Positions 1-9,194 are shown, counted from the first letter of the stretch. The stretch: DNA of 64,000 nucleotides from Holosporaceae bacterium (GCA_036881885.1 JBAJNL010000001.1:2377-66376); one strand, 5' to 3'. Program-made: numbers and translations. Notes: a model not told the origin generated them from the sequence alone.

Positions 1-876
1 AAAGCTCACGCTGTTTTTGAAAGTAAGATTGCGTTTTTGGTGGGCACAACGCCTGTTTTTGAGCGCTCGCTTAAAGAGCGTATGCGTTTTGTGTTGCTGA
101 TGACAGGTGCGCCGACAGATGGTGCCAGTGTGAGCAAAGAGATGCGCGCTTCTGTGATTCGGGGCATGATTGATGAGATCTTGCAGTTAAAAGCTGCCAA
201 CGCCATTGGCATCAAGGTCACCGATGCACAAGTGAAAACAGCGCTTCAAGGGCTTGCTAAAAACAACGGCATGACCTACGCACAGCTTAAAGACATGTTT
301 GTGCAAAAAGACGTTCCCTTTAGCATTTTGCAGCGCCAAATCAAAACGCAAATCGCCTGGACACAGTATATTCAACGCAAATACATACGTGATGTGGCCA
401 TTTTACCGGCTGATGTTAAAAAGCAGCGCCAGCGTCTTTTAAGACAAAAAGGCAAAACAGAGTATCGTGTGGCCGAGATTATTCTCTATAGCCCCAAAGC
501 AGGTCGAGCCGCACTTGAGCCACGTTTGCGTGACATTATTATGTTGCTGCAACAAGGCTCGCCTTTTCCGGGGGTGGCGCGGCAGTTTTCTGAAGGCCCC
601 ACAGCCTCAAAAGGTGGTTATGTTGGCTGGATGCACACCGATGATCTTGAAGAGTCTGCGGTGAAAGCGCTTGATCTGATCTCACCCGGGATGATGACCA
701 TGCCGGTGCCGCTGTCGTCAGGTTATGGACTTTATGTGCTGATCGAAAAGCGCCAAAACAATAAGATGCCCAAAAATGACATGATCTATGTTTCCTTGCA
801 GCAGAATCGCTTTGAGCTAGCCGCACGCAAAGAACTTGTTCAACTGCGCCAGAAAAGTGTGATTGAATACCGTTAA
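1..876 (+). CDS. SurA-like periplasmic chaperone / PpiC-type peptidyl-prolyl isomerase (5' end upstream of window)
   Basis: Frame 1 is open from nt 1, with no stop before the ORF-track start at 37. The product has a SurA-like helical N-region followed by a parvulin-like segment (EYRVAEIIL, GGYVGWM, GYGLYVLIEKR). Confidence 0.6.
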   Translation, partial: KAHAVFESKIAFLVGTTPVFERSLKERMRFVLLMTGAPTDGASVSKEMRASVIRGMIDEILQLKAANAIGIKVTDAQVKTALQGLAKNNGMTYAQLKDMFVQKDVPFSILQRQIKTQIAWTQYIQRKYIRDVAILPADVKKQRQRLLRQKGKTEYRVAEIILYSPKAGRAALEPRLRDIIMLLQQGSPFPGVARQFSEGPTASKGGYVGWMHTDDLEESAVKALDLISPGMMTMPVPLSSGYGLYVLIEKRQNNKMPKNDMIYVSLQQNRFELAARKELVQLRQKSVIEYR

Positions 877-960
877 CGTGTTACGGTGAAAACAAAAAGG
901 AGCAGGCTTATGTGTTCTATGCAAAAGGCGCACACAGCGCAGGCGTTAGGAGAAGAGGCA

Positions 961-2217
961 ATGCGTCTTTCAATCCAAGATCCAGAAATTTTCTCGGCCA
1001 TCAAACAAGAGCGCCGGCGTCAAGAAAACCATCTTGAACTTATCGCATCTGAAAACATTGTCTCAGAGGCTGTGTTGGAAGCACAAGGATCACTGCTGAC
1101 AAACAAGTATGCCGAAGGCTATCCATCAAGGCGCTATTATGGTGGCTGTGAAGCGGTTGACCAGGTAGAAGCCTGTGCGATTGATCGGGCGAAAAAGCTT
1201 TTTGGGTGTGGCTTTGCCAACGTGCAGCCGCATTCGGGCTCTTCGGCAAACTGTGCGGTCTTTTTGGCGCTTTTAAAGCCCGGCGATACGTTTATGGCGT
1301 TGTCCCTTAATGCGGGCGGGCATTTAACCCATGGGGCGCCGGTTAATTTTTCGGGCAAGTGGTTTCAGCCTGTTCCCTATGGTGTGGACCCAAAAACGCA
1401 TCTGATCGATATGGATCACGTGCGCGATGTGGCGCGAAAACATCGGCCACGCCTGATTATTGCGGGCATTACCGCGTATCCGCGTTCTATTGATTTTAAG
1501 GCTTTTAAAGAGATTGCTGACGAAGTTGGCGCCTATCTTATGGTGGATATGGCGCACATTGCGGGTCTTGTGGCCACAGGCCTGCACGCTTCACCTTTTC
1601 CGCATGCGCACGTGGTGACCAGCACAACACACAAAACCCTTCGTGGGCCCCGTGGTGGTCTTATTTTAAGTGATGATGCTGCCATTGCCAAAAAAATCAA
1701 CACAGCTGTGTTTCCGGGCCTGCAGGGTGGGCCTTTAATGCACGTGATTGCAGCCAAAGCGGTGGCCTTTCAAGAAGCGCTTGCGCCTACCTTTAAAACG
1801 TATATCAAAGATGTTGTGCGCAACGCCCAAACCCTGGCCCGTGTGCTGTGTGATGAGGGGCTTTCTTTGGTCACGGGCGGCACCGATAACCACATGTTGA
1901 TTGCTGACCTTAGGGCCCTTGATATTTCGGGCGCTGCGGCAGAAAAAGTGTTAGAGCATATTGGCCTGGTCTGTAATAAAAACACGGTGCCAGAAGAGAC
2001 GCGCTCACCCTTTGAAACCTCGGGTATCCGTTTGGGCACACCGGCTTGCACCACCCGTGGTCTTCAAGAAGACGATTTTGCGCACATTGGCCGCTGGATC
2101 GCCATGGCGTTGAAAAGCCTTGCGCAGGGTGACGAAGGCGCCACGGTGGCCTCACTTAAAGAAAAGGTTGCAGCGATGGCCAAAAAGTATCCTCTTGCCT
2201 ATCACATGAAGTATTGA
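961..2217 (+). CDS. glyA: serine hydroxymethyltransferase
   Basis: SHMT hallmarks are present: [20 protein letters not shown] and the PLP-lysine region [16 protein letters not shown]. The ATG at 961, preceded by AGGAGAAGAGG, fits the usual N-terminus better than the ORF-track start at 886. Confidence 0.9.
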   Translation: MRLSIQDPEIFSAIKQERRRQENHLELIASENIVSEAVLEAQGSLLTNKYAEGYPSRRYYGGCEAVDQVEACAIDRAKKLFGCGFANVQPHSGSSANCAVFLALLKPGDTFMALSLNAGGHLTHGAPVNFSGKWFQPVPYGVDPKTHLIDMDHVRDVARKHRPRLIIAGITAYPRSIDFKAFKEIADEVGAYLMVDMAHIAGLVATGLHASPFPHAHVVTSTTHKTLRGPRGGLILSDDAAIAKKINTAVFPGLQGGPLMHVIAAKAVAFQEALAPTFKTYIKDVVRNAQTLARVLCDEGLSLVTGGTDNHMLIADLRALDISGAAAEKVLEHIGLVCNKNTVPEETRSPFETSGIRLGTPACTTRGLQEDDFAHIGRWIAMALKSLAQGDEGATVASLKEKVAAMAKKYPLAYHMKY

Positions 2218-2261
2218 TTATGAGGGCGCCTTTTTAAAGGGTACAAGAAGGGTCATCTTTC

Positions 2262-2984
2262 ATGCTTCATCAAACAACACAAAAACTGCCGCAGGGTTTT
2301 GTAGACGTTCAAAAGGTGATTCCCGACGCCTTGGTGGCTTTGAAATATGCCACGTCTTACAACTTTTTGGGGCGGCCGTTAAATGGCTATCGGTGCCAGC
2401 GTTCTTTGCTAACAGTTCAGGCGGCAGAGGCTCTTTTGAAGGCGGCGCAAACGTTTAAAAAGGCGGGGTTTGGTCTTGTATTGTACGATACTTACCGTCC
2501 TTTAAAAGCGGTGCGTGATCTTGTGGCGTGGGGGGGTGAAAACGTGGTGTTTGCCAAAGAAAAAGCGCTCAAGGCTTTGTACTACCCAACCTTTGAAAAG
2601 AAAGAGCTGTTTTTGAAAGGGTATATTTCAGATCAGTCAGCCCATGCGCGGGGCAGTACCGTTGATTTAACGCTGATTGACTTAAAGCGCGCGCCTTTAT
2701 TTGATCCTTGTCAGGGGGTGGTCAAAACACACACGCTGTCTGATGGCCGCGCTTTGCAGGTGATTGATGATGGTACGTTGGATATGGGTGGGCATTTTGA
2801 TCTGTTCGACCCCTCAGCGCATCAGGGATCAGCGCTTGTGTCACCCGCAGCACAGAAAAACCGTGCTTATCTGCTAGATGTGATGCGTTCTTGCGGCTTT
2901 CAGCCCATTCAAACCGAATGGTGGCATTTCACGCTAGAAAACGAGCCTTTCAAAGAGCGATCGTTTGATTTTGATGTGGCCTAA
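2262..2984 (+). CDS. ddpX: D-alanyl-D-alanine dipeptidase (VanX/DdpX, peptidase M15D)
   Basis: Family motifs YDTYRP, SAHARGSTVDLTL and EWWHFT are present. The 240-aa size fits. Confidence 0.7.
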   Translation: MLHQTTQKLPQGFVDVQKVIPDALVALKYATSYNFLGRPLNGYRCQRSLLTVQAAEALLKAAQTFKKAGFGLVLYDTYRPLKAVRDLVAWGGENVVFAKEKALKALYYPTFEKKELFLKGYISDQSAHARGSTVDLTLIDLKRAPLFDPCQGVVKTHTLSDGRALQVIDDGTLDMGGHFDLFDPSAHQGSALVSPAAQKNRAYLLDVMRSCGFQPIQTEWWHFTLENEPFKERSFDFDVA

Positions 2985-4435
2985 TGTTTGGGCGCCTGTG
3001 CAAGGTTGCCGGCAGTGCTTGTCTGGTTTGCAGAGGTGGGCAGCATGTGGGCCAGCTGTGTGATTTTGCCAGCACCCATGCAAATGACAAGATCATCTTT
3101 GCGCAGGTGTTTGTGCAAATAATCAGCAACGTCGTCAAATGTGTTGACCGAAAGGCTTTTGGTGCCTTTGTTGGTAATTTCTTCTGTCAAAAGGGGCGAT
3201 GACACGCCCTGAATGGGTGATTCGCCTGCGCTGTAGACAGGCACTGTGATCACACAATCTGCCACCTTAAGGGCGTCAGCAAAATCTTCAAAAAGGTCTT
3301 GAAGGCGTGTGTAACGATGTGGCTCACACACAGCAAAAAGGCGCCCGCGACAAAGCTGCTTGGCCGTCTCTAATGTGGCCTCAATTTCTGTGGGGTGGTG
3401 CGCATAGTCATCAATAATACGCACGCTGTTCAGCGTTCCTGTGGTTTGAAAGCGTCTTTTAACACCTCTAAAGTCTTGAAAGGCATAACGAATGGTTTCT
3501 TCGTTAAGGCCTAGCTGAAAGGCAATCGTAAGGGCCGCGCCTGCATTTAAAACGTTGTGGTGCCCGTGTAACGACAAAAGCAAGTCCTTTAAGCAGCTGC
3601 CATCAGGCATAAAGGCATCAAAGGCAAAGCCTTCAGATCTTGGTTTGATGTTTGTAAGGCGTACCTGGGCTTTGGGTGACGTGCCATACGTTAAAAGAGG
3701 GGTCTTAAGGTGCGGCATCAGCTCTTGCACCAGGGGGTTATCAAGACAAGCGATGCCGGTGCCATCTTTTGTCAGGTTATCAAAAAACACCTCAAACGAT
3801 CGCAGCAGCTCTTTTTTTGTTTTATAAAACGCCATGTGTTCTTGATCAATATTGGTGACCACCCCAATAAAGGGGTGCGCGTTTTGATGCGAGCCATCAG
3901 ATTCATCCATCTCGGCCACCAAAAACTTGCCTTTGCCCAAATAGACGTTGCTTTGATAATCCTGCATCAGGCCCCCTGTTAAGATGAGGGGGTCAGCATT
4001 GGCTGCAATAAGCAGCTTGCCCGTTAACGAGGTGGTGGTTGTTTTGCCGTGGCTTCCGGTGATGGCAATGGTGGGTTTGTGCTGGGTCATCAACCCCAGC
4101 AGCTGGCCACGTTTTAAGATGGTTCGGTTTTGCTGTCTTGCAAAGGTCAGTTCAACGTTTCTGGCTTGAATGGCAGAGGAGACAATGATGGTTTGGGCCT
4201 GGCCTATATTGCGGGCGGCGTGTTTGTGAAAAACAGGAATACCGGCACGTTTTAACGTTTCAATCGTGGGTGAATGCGAAAGGTCACTTCCCTGAACTTT
4301 GTAGCCATTTTGCTGCAAGGCAAGCGCCAGCGCGCTCATGCCCACACCACCAATGCCGATAAAATGCAGCGTACCTAATGTTTTTGGTGTGTCAGGCAAA
4401 AGATAGTGGCTATCGTCAGAGCTGACTTGGGTCAT
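2981..4435 (-). CDS. murC: UDP-N-acetylmuramate--L-alanine ligase
   Basis: Mur ligase features are present: GIGGVGMSALA Rossmann N-terminus, P-loop GSHGKTTTTS and DDYAHHPTEI. The 484-aa size fits MurC. Its TAG stop overlaps the ddpX TAA within CTAA at 2981..2984. Confidence 0.75.
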   Translation of the reverse strand: MTQVSSDDSHYLLPDTPKTLGTLHFIGIGGVGMSALALALQQNGYKVQGSDLSHSPTIETLKRAGIPVFHKHAARNIGQAQTIIVSSAIQARNVELTFARQQNRTILKRGQLLGLMTQHKPTIAITGSHGKTTTTSLTGKLLIAANADPLILTGGLMQDYQSNVYLGKGKFLVAEMDESDGSHQNAHPFIGVVTNIDQEHMAFYKTKKELLRSFEVFFDNLTKDGTGIACLDNPLVQELMPHLKTPLLTYGTSPKAQVRLTNIKPRSEGFAFDAFMPDGSCLKDLLLSLHGHHNVLNAGAALTIAFQLGLNEETIRYAFQDFRGVKRRFQTTGTLNSVRIIDDYAHHPTEIEATLETAKQLCRGRLFAVCEPHRYTRLQDLFEDFADALKVADCVITVPVYSAGESPIQGVSSPLLTEEITNKGTKSLSVNTFDDVADYLHKHLRKDDLVICMGAGKITQLAHMLPTSANQTSTAGNLAQAPKH

Positions 4436-4520
4436 AAAAGATGTATTCCGATGAAAGAGATTTCCAGGTTATTAAGCATAACAAATATTAGGTTATTTTA
4501 TAAATAACATTTTCAATCAT

Positions 4521-4536
4521 TGGCATTTTTTTTGCT
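4521..4536 (+). promoter_or_regulatory. sigma54-type -24/-12 promoter candidate upstream of flgK
   Basis: TGGCAT-TTTTT-TTGCT matches TGGCAC-N5-TTGCW with one mismatch and correct GG-to-GC spacing. It lies 39 nt upstream of the GTG start at 4575. Confidence 0.4.
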
Positions 4537-4574
4537 GATGCGCAGGGTACAAGGTAAAAAAAAGGACACGAAGC

Positions 4575-6386
4575 GTGGCATCAGGTTTAGAAGGCATCCT
4601 TGCAAGTGCATACAGATCTGGAAATCGATCTTATCAAAATACGGCTCAAAATGATGTGAATGCCGAAAACCCAGATTACTCAAAAGTCAGAAGTACGCAG
4701 CAGACAGTTTATATGAGCGATCAGCTAGTGGGTGTTAAAACGGGCAAAACGATTCGCTGCACCGATCCGATTTTGCGCAATAACTTGGCATCGGTGAAAA
4801 CGCAGCTTGAGACACTGCGCGTGACCTCGAACACTTACAACATGTTGCAAGGTTTGATGGGGCAAGTGGGCAGCGAGTCCGAAACACTGTCAGGGCTGAT
4901 CGGTGACTTTTTTACCTTGCTTGATACACCCAGCGTGCAAGAAAGTGTGGTCTTTTTAAACGATCTTACGGCTAAAGCAGACGCGGTGGCCAAAAGCTTT
5001 CGCAAGTTGTCCAAAACTGTACAGCAGCTGCGGGCAGATGCCGATCAACAAATTTTTTTAAGTCTTCGAAGAGTCGAAGAGCTGTTGCAAGAATACGACG
5101 ATGTGAACAAAAGCATCACAAAAGTATCGCAAGACTCAGCGCGCTTGCATGCAGTAGAAGACAGAAAAGATGCGATTTTGCTCGAGCTTTCAACCTATCT
5201 TGAAGTCCATCAAACCGTTGATGTGACGGCACAAGGCAGTGATTCCAACATGCATTATTTATGGGGGCCAGATGGTATTGCCCTTGTGACCAAAAAGGGT
5301 GCGAATACCTTGACGTTTCAGCCAACACAGGCCATTAATGCCACCCAAACGCGCGAGAATGGGCAGTTGTCACCCGTAACACTGCATTTTGATGCGCTGT
5401 CTATTGATATCACAGACAATCTTGTGGAAGGCCAGCTGGGCGGCCTTTTGGCCATGCGTGACCATGATTTGCCTGACATTCAAGCGGTTTTGGATCGCGG
5501 GGCCTCTTGTTTTGCGGACTATCTGAACCAGGTGCACAATCAAGGTACGTCGTACGAGCTGGTGAATGAACTAGAGAGCGGGCGCAATCTTGATCAGAAC
5601 ATGGATTTTGCAAACAAAGAGGGCGTTTTGCGTGTGGCCATTCTGGATGCACAAGGCGTTGTGGTGGATAAACAAGATATCTTACTGCAGGTTGCGAATA
5701 CATTGCCGCTTATTTTGGCCGACATGCAGCAGCTTGACGGCGTTACGCCTTATTGGAAAGGTGACAAGCTTTGCATCAGCGTTGCGAACAGTGCCGACGG
5801 CGACAAGCGCGGCATTGCTTTGTGTGGCTTAACCGAAGATGCCAAAGAGGCTTTGGCCTCGTTGGGCCTGAATGATCTGTTTTGGGGCAATGAAACCTAT
5901 ACGCCGTTTGCCGATGAGGTGCCGGTAGGGTTTGCTGAAAACATCACGCTGAATCCGCGCATTTTGAACAATCCACAAACCTTTGCCCATGCAAAGTTGA
6001 ATGACCAACAGCATCTGTCGATTGATGAAACGGGTACGCAAAAGTCTGATAATCGTCTGTTAGAGGCGCTTTCTGAGACACAAAATGATAACTGGACTTT
6101 TAAAGCTGCGGGCTTTTGGCAAGAAAAAGTGATGCGGCCGTTTGATTTTGGCAGGCAGTTTATGACAGATGTGGCGCAAAAGTCTGGTGTGGCCACGCGT
6201 CAGTTTCAAGCTGCCGAAAGCGGAAAAAACATTATCGATGAGGCATTCTTTAAGGTGAAAGGCGTTGATGAAACCGAAAACCGTCTTGAGCAAATGAAGT
6301 GGTCAAACTATCTGCAAAACATCATGACGTTAATGGGCATTAGTCAGAAACTTGATCGCACTCTTTTGGATATTTTAAGGTACTAA
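4575..6386 (+). CDS. flgK: flagellar hook-associated protein 1 (FlgK-like)
   Basis: A 603-aa protein with flagellar axial-protein-like N- and C-terminal helical regions. It lies directly upstream of a flgL-like gene. An AAGGA Shine-Dalgarno (SD) sequence precedes the GTG start. Confidence 0.6.
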   Translation: MASGLEGILASAYRSGNRSYQNTAQNDVNAENPDYSKVRSTQQTVYMSDQLVGVKTGKTIRCTDPILRNNLASVKTQLETLRVTSNTYNMLQGLMGQVGSESETLSGLIGDFFTLLDTPSVQESVVFLNDLTAKADAVAKSFRKLSKTVQQLRADADQQIFLSLRRVEELLQEYDDVNKSITKVSQDSARLHAVEDRKDAILLELSTYLEVHQTVDVTAQGSDSNMHYLWGPDGIALVTKKGANTLTFQPTQAINATQTRENGQLSPVTLHFDALSIDITDNLVEGQLGGLLAMRDHDLPDIQAVLDRGASCFADYLNQVHNQGTSYELVNELESGRNLDQNMDFANKEGVLRVAILDAQGVVVDKQDILLQVANTLPLILADMQQLDGVTPYWKGDKLCISVANSADGDKRGIALCGLTEDAKEALASLGLNDLFWGNETYTPFADEVPVGFAENITLNPRILNNPQTFAHAKLNDQQHLSIDETGTQKSDNRLLEALSETQNDNWTFKAAGFWQEKVMRPFDFGRQFMTDVAQKSGVATRQFQAAESGKNIIDEAFFKVKGVDETENRLEQMKWSNYLQNIMTLMGISQKLDRTLLDILRY

Positions 6387-6398
6387 GGTCAAAACACG

Positions 6399-7370
6399 AT
6401 GAGTATTAGCACAACGATTCTTTTGGGGGGCGGACCCGAGCTTGCGAAGCGTGGCTTAAAGCAGCTGAGAGACAATGTAGCGCGTACCGGCACGCAAAAT
6501 GTCAGTGGGCAAAAAACGTTCGAATTCAAAGATATGGGCTCACGCACCTGGCAGCTTTTGGGCGCCACATCGCAAAAAAGCACGGCCGATCGCATGAATT
6601 TGTTTTGTGAGCAAAATATTCCTGTTTTAGAACGTTATAACGACTTGCTTGAGCAAATGAATCAAGAGCTGATTGCACAAGCACATGCCGTCATTACCTG
6701 TGCCAACACGCAAAATATGTATGACCTTTTAGGGCCCATGCAAGATGATGTCAGAAGCCGTGTGGCCGTGATTGTTGATTTGCTGAACACCTTTGACAAC
6801 TCAAGTGGCTATTTGTTTAGTGGCGCGCAAAGCGACCAAGCGGCGATCAACGATCAATTGATTCCCGATTTGTGCCAAGAGGGCGGGCCCAATCTGACGC
6901 AAGGTGAGATTGCTGACTACTTTCTGAATGGCCAAACGCCCAATGTGCAGTTGCCGCTTACTTTGATGTTTGAATCTAAGTTCTCGCTTGATTTTCCCCT
7001 TGCGGCCAATGATATGCAAGACATCTTTCAGGCGTTTAAAGATCTGCTTGAGCTAACCCCAGAGACAGCAAGGGACGGCATTACGGCCTTTCAAGCGGCG
7101 TTTGATCCGGCATTGGCGCGTATTGAAAACGCCATTTTAAAGACGTCAGATTTGCTGAATGCCTTTCAGGGTAAAGAAAGCGCAGCACAAGATGTGCAAA
7201 ACAAAACGCAGGATGAAATCGATCTTTTGGTGGATGTTGAACCCGTTGATAGCTCGCTTGATTTCTATAACGCCAGTAAAGCGCTTGAGACGTATCTGCA
7301 GTTCTTAATCTTTCTGAACGCTGGCAGTCAAAAACTGCGCGAGATGACCGAAGCGGCCATGATGCTTTAA
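6399..7370 (+). CDS. flgL: flagellar hook-associated protein 3 (FlgL-like)
   Basis: It is 13 nt downstream of flgK. It has a flagellin-N-like start (MSISTT...) and the FlgL-like motif SGYLFSGAQSD. Confidence 0.6.
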   Translation: MSISTTILLGGGPELAKRGLKQLRDNVARTGTQNVSGQKTFEFKDMGSRTWQLLGATSQKSTADRMNLFCEQNIPVLERYNDLLEQMNQELIAQAHAVITCANTQNMYDLLGPMQDDVRSRVAVIVDLLNTFDNSSGYLFSGAQSDQAAINDQLIPDLCQEGGPNLTQGEIADYFLNGQTPNVQLPLTLMFESKFSLDFPLAANDMQDIFQAFKDLLELTPETARDGITAFQAAFDPALARIENAILKTSDLLNAFQGKESAAQDVQNKTQDEIDLLVDVEPVDSSLDFYNASKALETYLQFLIFLNAGSQKLREMTEAAMML

Positions 7371-7412
7371 CGTCCTAGTGCTGGCATGTCCCTAAACGTT
7401 ATTGTTTTTTTT

Positions 7413-7478
7413 GGCGTGTGCAAGGCATTCTCCACCATGCGTAAGTTTAGAAAATTTTTAAGCAAAATCAAGTTAACC
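7413..7478 (+). repeat. Module C intergenic repeat, copy 1 of 4
   Basis: ...GGCATTCTCCACCATGCGTAAGTTTAGAAAATTTTTAAGCAAAATCAAG... is near-identical to the copies at 15655..15725(-), 46826..46900(-) and 55283..55345(+). Confidence 0.85.
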
Positions 7479-7532
7479 ATGCATCTTTTACATGTAAGAA
7501 CGAAGGTGCGGTGTGTGTTAAAATGCTTTCAA

Positions 7533-7704
7533 GTGGATCGCGCGGGGCTAAAGCCTTCTTGATGACGACCAAAGTGACGCGGCATTCCCCAAAACCGTCA
7601 TTGCGAGGAGCAGCGTGCTGCGACGCGGCAATCCATGTGTGCTTTGGCCGCTCAAGGTGCCCCGCAAGTGGATCGCGCGGGGTGCTGCCCACCTTCGCGA
7701 TGAC
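7533..7704 (+). repeat. Palindromic mosaic repeat array (modules B-D-A-B)
   Basis: The modules are B 7533..7566, D GTGACGCGGCATTCCCC, A 7597..7649 (GTCATTGCGAGGAG-N10-CGACGCGGCAATCCATGTGTGCTTTGGCC) and B 7668..7704 (GTGGATCGCGCGGGG-N9-CCTTCGCGATGAC). It lies between the convergent flgL and M23 genes. Confidence 0.9.
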
Positions 7705-7731
7705 AAGGGGGGGGGCGTTAAAGGCCTGCCT

Positions 7732-8523
7732 TTAGGTGCTCAGAAAGTTTTTAGGGTTGATGTGGCGGCCGTTTTTAATTAGCTCAAAGTGCAGGTGCGC
7801 GCCCGTTGAGCGGCCTGTGTTGCCCACATAGCCAATAAGCATGCCTTTTGTCACTTTTGTTCCGGCTTTAATGCCTTTGTGGTAGCGGCTTAAATGTGCA
7901 TAGCCTGTTGAATAGCCGTCTTTGTGTTTGATTAAAACATACTTTCCATAGCCACCAGCGTGCTGGGCCAGCACAATCACACCATCGGCGGCGGCTTTAA
8001 TGGGGGTGCCTTTTTTGGCCGCAAAGTCCATACCTTTGTGCAGCTTTCTTTTATGCAAAACGGGGTGATGGCGAAAGCCAAAAGGTGATGACACTCTGGC
8101 CTTGTGTAAAGGGGCCTTCAGTTCAAAATCTGATGCTTTGGCTACGGGGTCTTTTTTTGAAGCTGGTGCCGCTTTAGGTGCAGGTGTTTTTTTGGTTGCC
8201 GCTACCGTGTTTGCGGTGGTGGCTTTGGGCGCGTTAGTTGTTTTGGCAGGGCTTGTGGTCTTTTGGGTCGCAGACGCTTTGTCTGCAGTTAAAGAAACGA
8301 CAATGGGTTGGGGCGGTTTGGTGATTTTAGGTGCTTTGTGTGTGTGTAAAGTGTTGCCTTTGCCCTGCTTGCGTTTTTTAGAGGACTTCGTTGCGCTGAC
8401 CTTTACCATGGCAGGTTTGGCCTGTGCTTTCAGGTCTTTTTTGCCCCAAAAGCCTGCGCCCGACAAAAACAAAAGCGTTTTTAAAAAGAGTAGCCGGCGT
8501 TTAACCTTTTTTTGACGACCCAT
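7732..8523 (-). CDS. M23/LytM family murein endopeptidase
   Basis: Motifs HKGMDFAAKKGTPI and GNTGRSTGAHLHFEL are present, with a signal-like N-terminus and a Lys/Ala/Thr-rich linker. The ATG at 8523 is preferred over the TTG at 8535. Confidence 0.8.
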   Translation of the reverse strand: MGRQKKVKRRLLFLKTLLFLSGAGFWGKKDLKAQAKPAMVKVSATKSSKKRKQGKGNTLHTHKAPKITKPPQPIVVSLTADKASATQKTTSPAKTTNAPKATTANTVAATKKTPAPKAAPASKKDPVAKASDFELKAPLHKARVSSPFGFRHHPVLHKRKLHKGMDFAAKKGTPIKAAADGVIVLAQHAGGYGKYVLIKHKDGYSTGYAHLSRYHKGIKAGTKVTKGMLIGYVGNTGRSTGAHLHFELIKNGRHINPKNFLST

Positions 8524-8579
8524 AATCAAACCCAAAACAAAATATCTAAAACAAACAGGAGAAACTCTTGGCGGTGTGC

Positions 8580-9194
8580 CTAAGAGACGGCCTCGACGGC
8601 CTGAACTTCAGGGATAAAGTGGCGCAGCATGTTTTCAACGCCTTGCTTTAATGTTGCAGATGCGCTGGGGCATCCCTGACAAGCGCCATGCATCCTTAAA
8701 TAAACAATACCTTTTTCAAAGCGCTCAAAAATGATGTCGCCACCATCTTGTGCCACAAACGGACGAATCCGCTGATCAAGCAAATCTTGAATGTCGCGCT
8801 CTGTGGTGCCCTCTTTTGCCTTTTCAGGTTGAGATACAGCGGCATTTTGCGTGGTGCCCTCTTGTGCGCGCCACAAAGGAAGATTGTCGCTTAATGCGGC
8901 AGCAATTTTTTCTTGCAGCACACGGGCCAGTTCAGGCCAGGCAGCCTCTTCTTTTTTGGTGACGCTGATAAAATTCTGGCCAAAGAAAACCGCTTCCACA
9001 CCATCGACTTTAAAAAGCGCCTCTGCAAAAGGTGAATCTTTCGCGCTTTCAGCATCATTAAACGCCAAAGGGCCCTCTGCCGAGATGGTACAGCCCGGCA
9101 AAAACTTGCGTGTTGCAGGGTTAGGCGTTGTTTCAACCAAGATAACGGGGTCTAAAGACGCGTCCGATGCCGCCTTCTGTGCTGGTGTGTTCAT
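8580..9194 (-). CDS. NifU/Nfu-type Fe-S cluster scaffold protein
   Basis: An Nfu_N-like N-half plus a NifU C-terminal CxxC (MHGACQGCPSA). The ~200-aa size is typical of the alphaproteobacterial form. Confidence 0.75.
   Translation of the reverse strand: MNTPAQKAASDASLDPVILVETTPNPATRKFLPGCTISAEGPLAFNDAESAKDSPFAEALFKVDGVEAVFFGQNFISVTKKEEAAWPELARVLQEKIAAALSDNLPLWRAQEGTTQNAAVSQPEKAKEGTTERDIQDLLDQRIRPFVAQDGGDIIFERFEKGIVYLRMHGACQGCPSASATLKQGVENMLRHFIPEVQAVEAVS

Noticed and set aside
886-960. N-terminal extensions suggested by the ORF track for glyA (886), the GrpB fusion (13251), tmk (24478), gatB (10865), lpxB (61713), sdhE (62818), uvrA (55159), and the minus-strand genes ending at 15531, 17952, 38867, 44918 and 51541.
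   Set aside because: Internal ATG or GTG codons with Shine-Dalgarno-like sequences, signal-peptide starts or start/stop coupling give N-termini that match the expected family architecture. The longer versions overlap upstream genes or add non-conserved leaders.
7468-7735. ORFs 7468..7692(-) and 7511..7735(+). The same applies to 15602..15793, 15646..15861, 15790..16038, 15800..16045, 15810..16076, 32465..32749, 32569..32793, 32595..32801, 46711..46917, 46851..47132, 47009..47263, 47017..47199, the 5' part of 47030..47566, 55256..55570, 58653..58994 and 59099..59284.
   Set aside because: They lie wholly or mostly inside the palindromic and module C repeats, and some run over the tRNA-Ser gene. 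Their peptides (..SLRGA..RRGNP..LWP.., ..FAMT.., ..RAFSTVRKFSKFLNKI..) are simply translations of the repeat in different frames and orientations. Copy-to-copy differences are not biased toward synonymous changes.
8102-8515. 137-aa plus-strand ORF opposite the M23 peptidase linker. The nfu antisense ORFs 8750..9204 fall in the same category.
   Set aside because: It lies antisense to a low-complexity Lys/Ala/Thr-coding region of a well-supported gene, and its product is Gly/Ala/Val low complexity.
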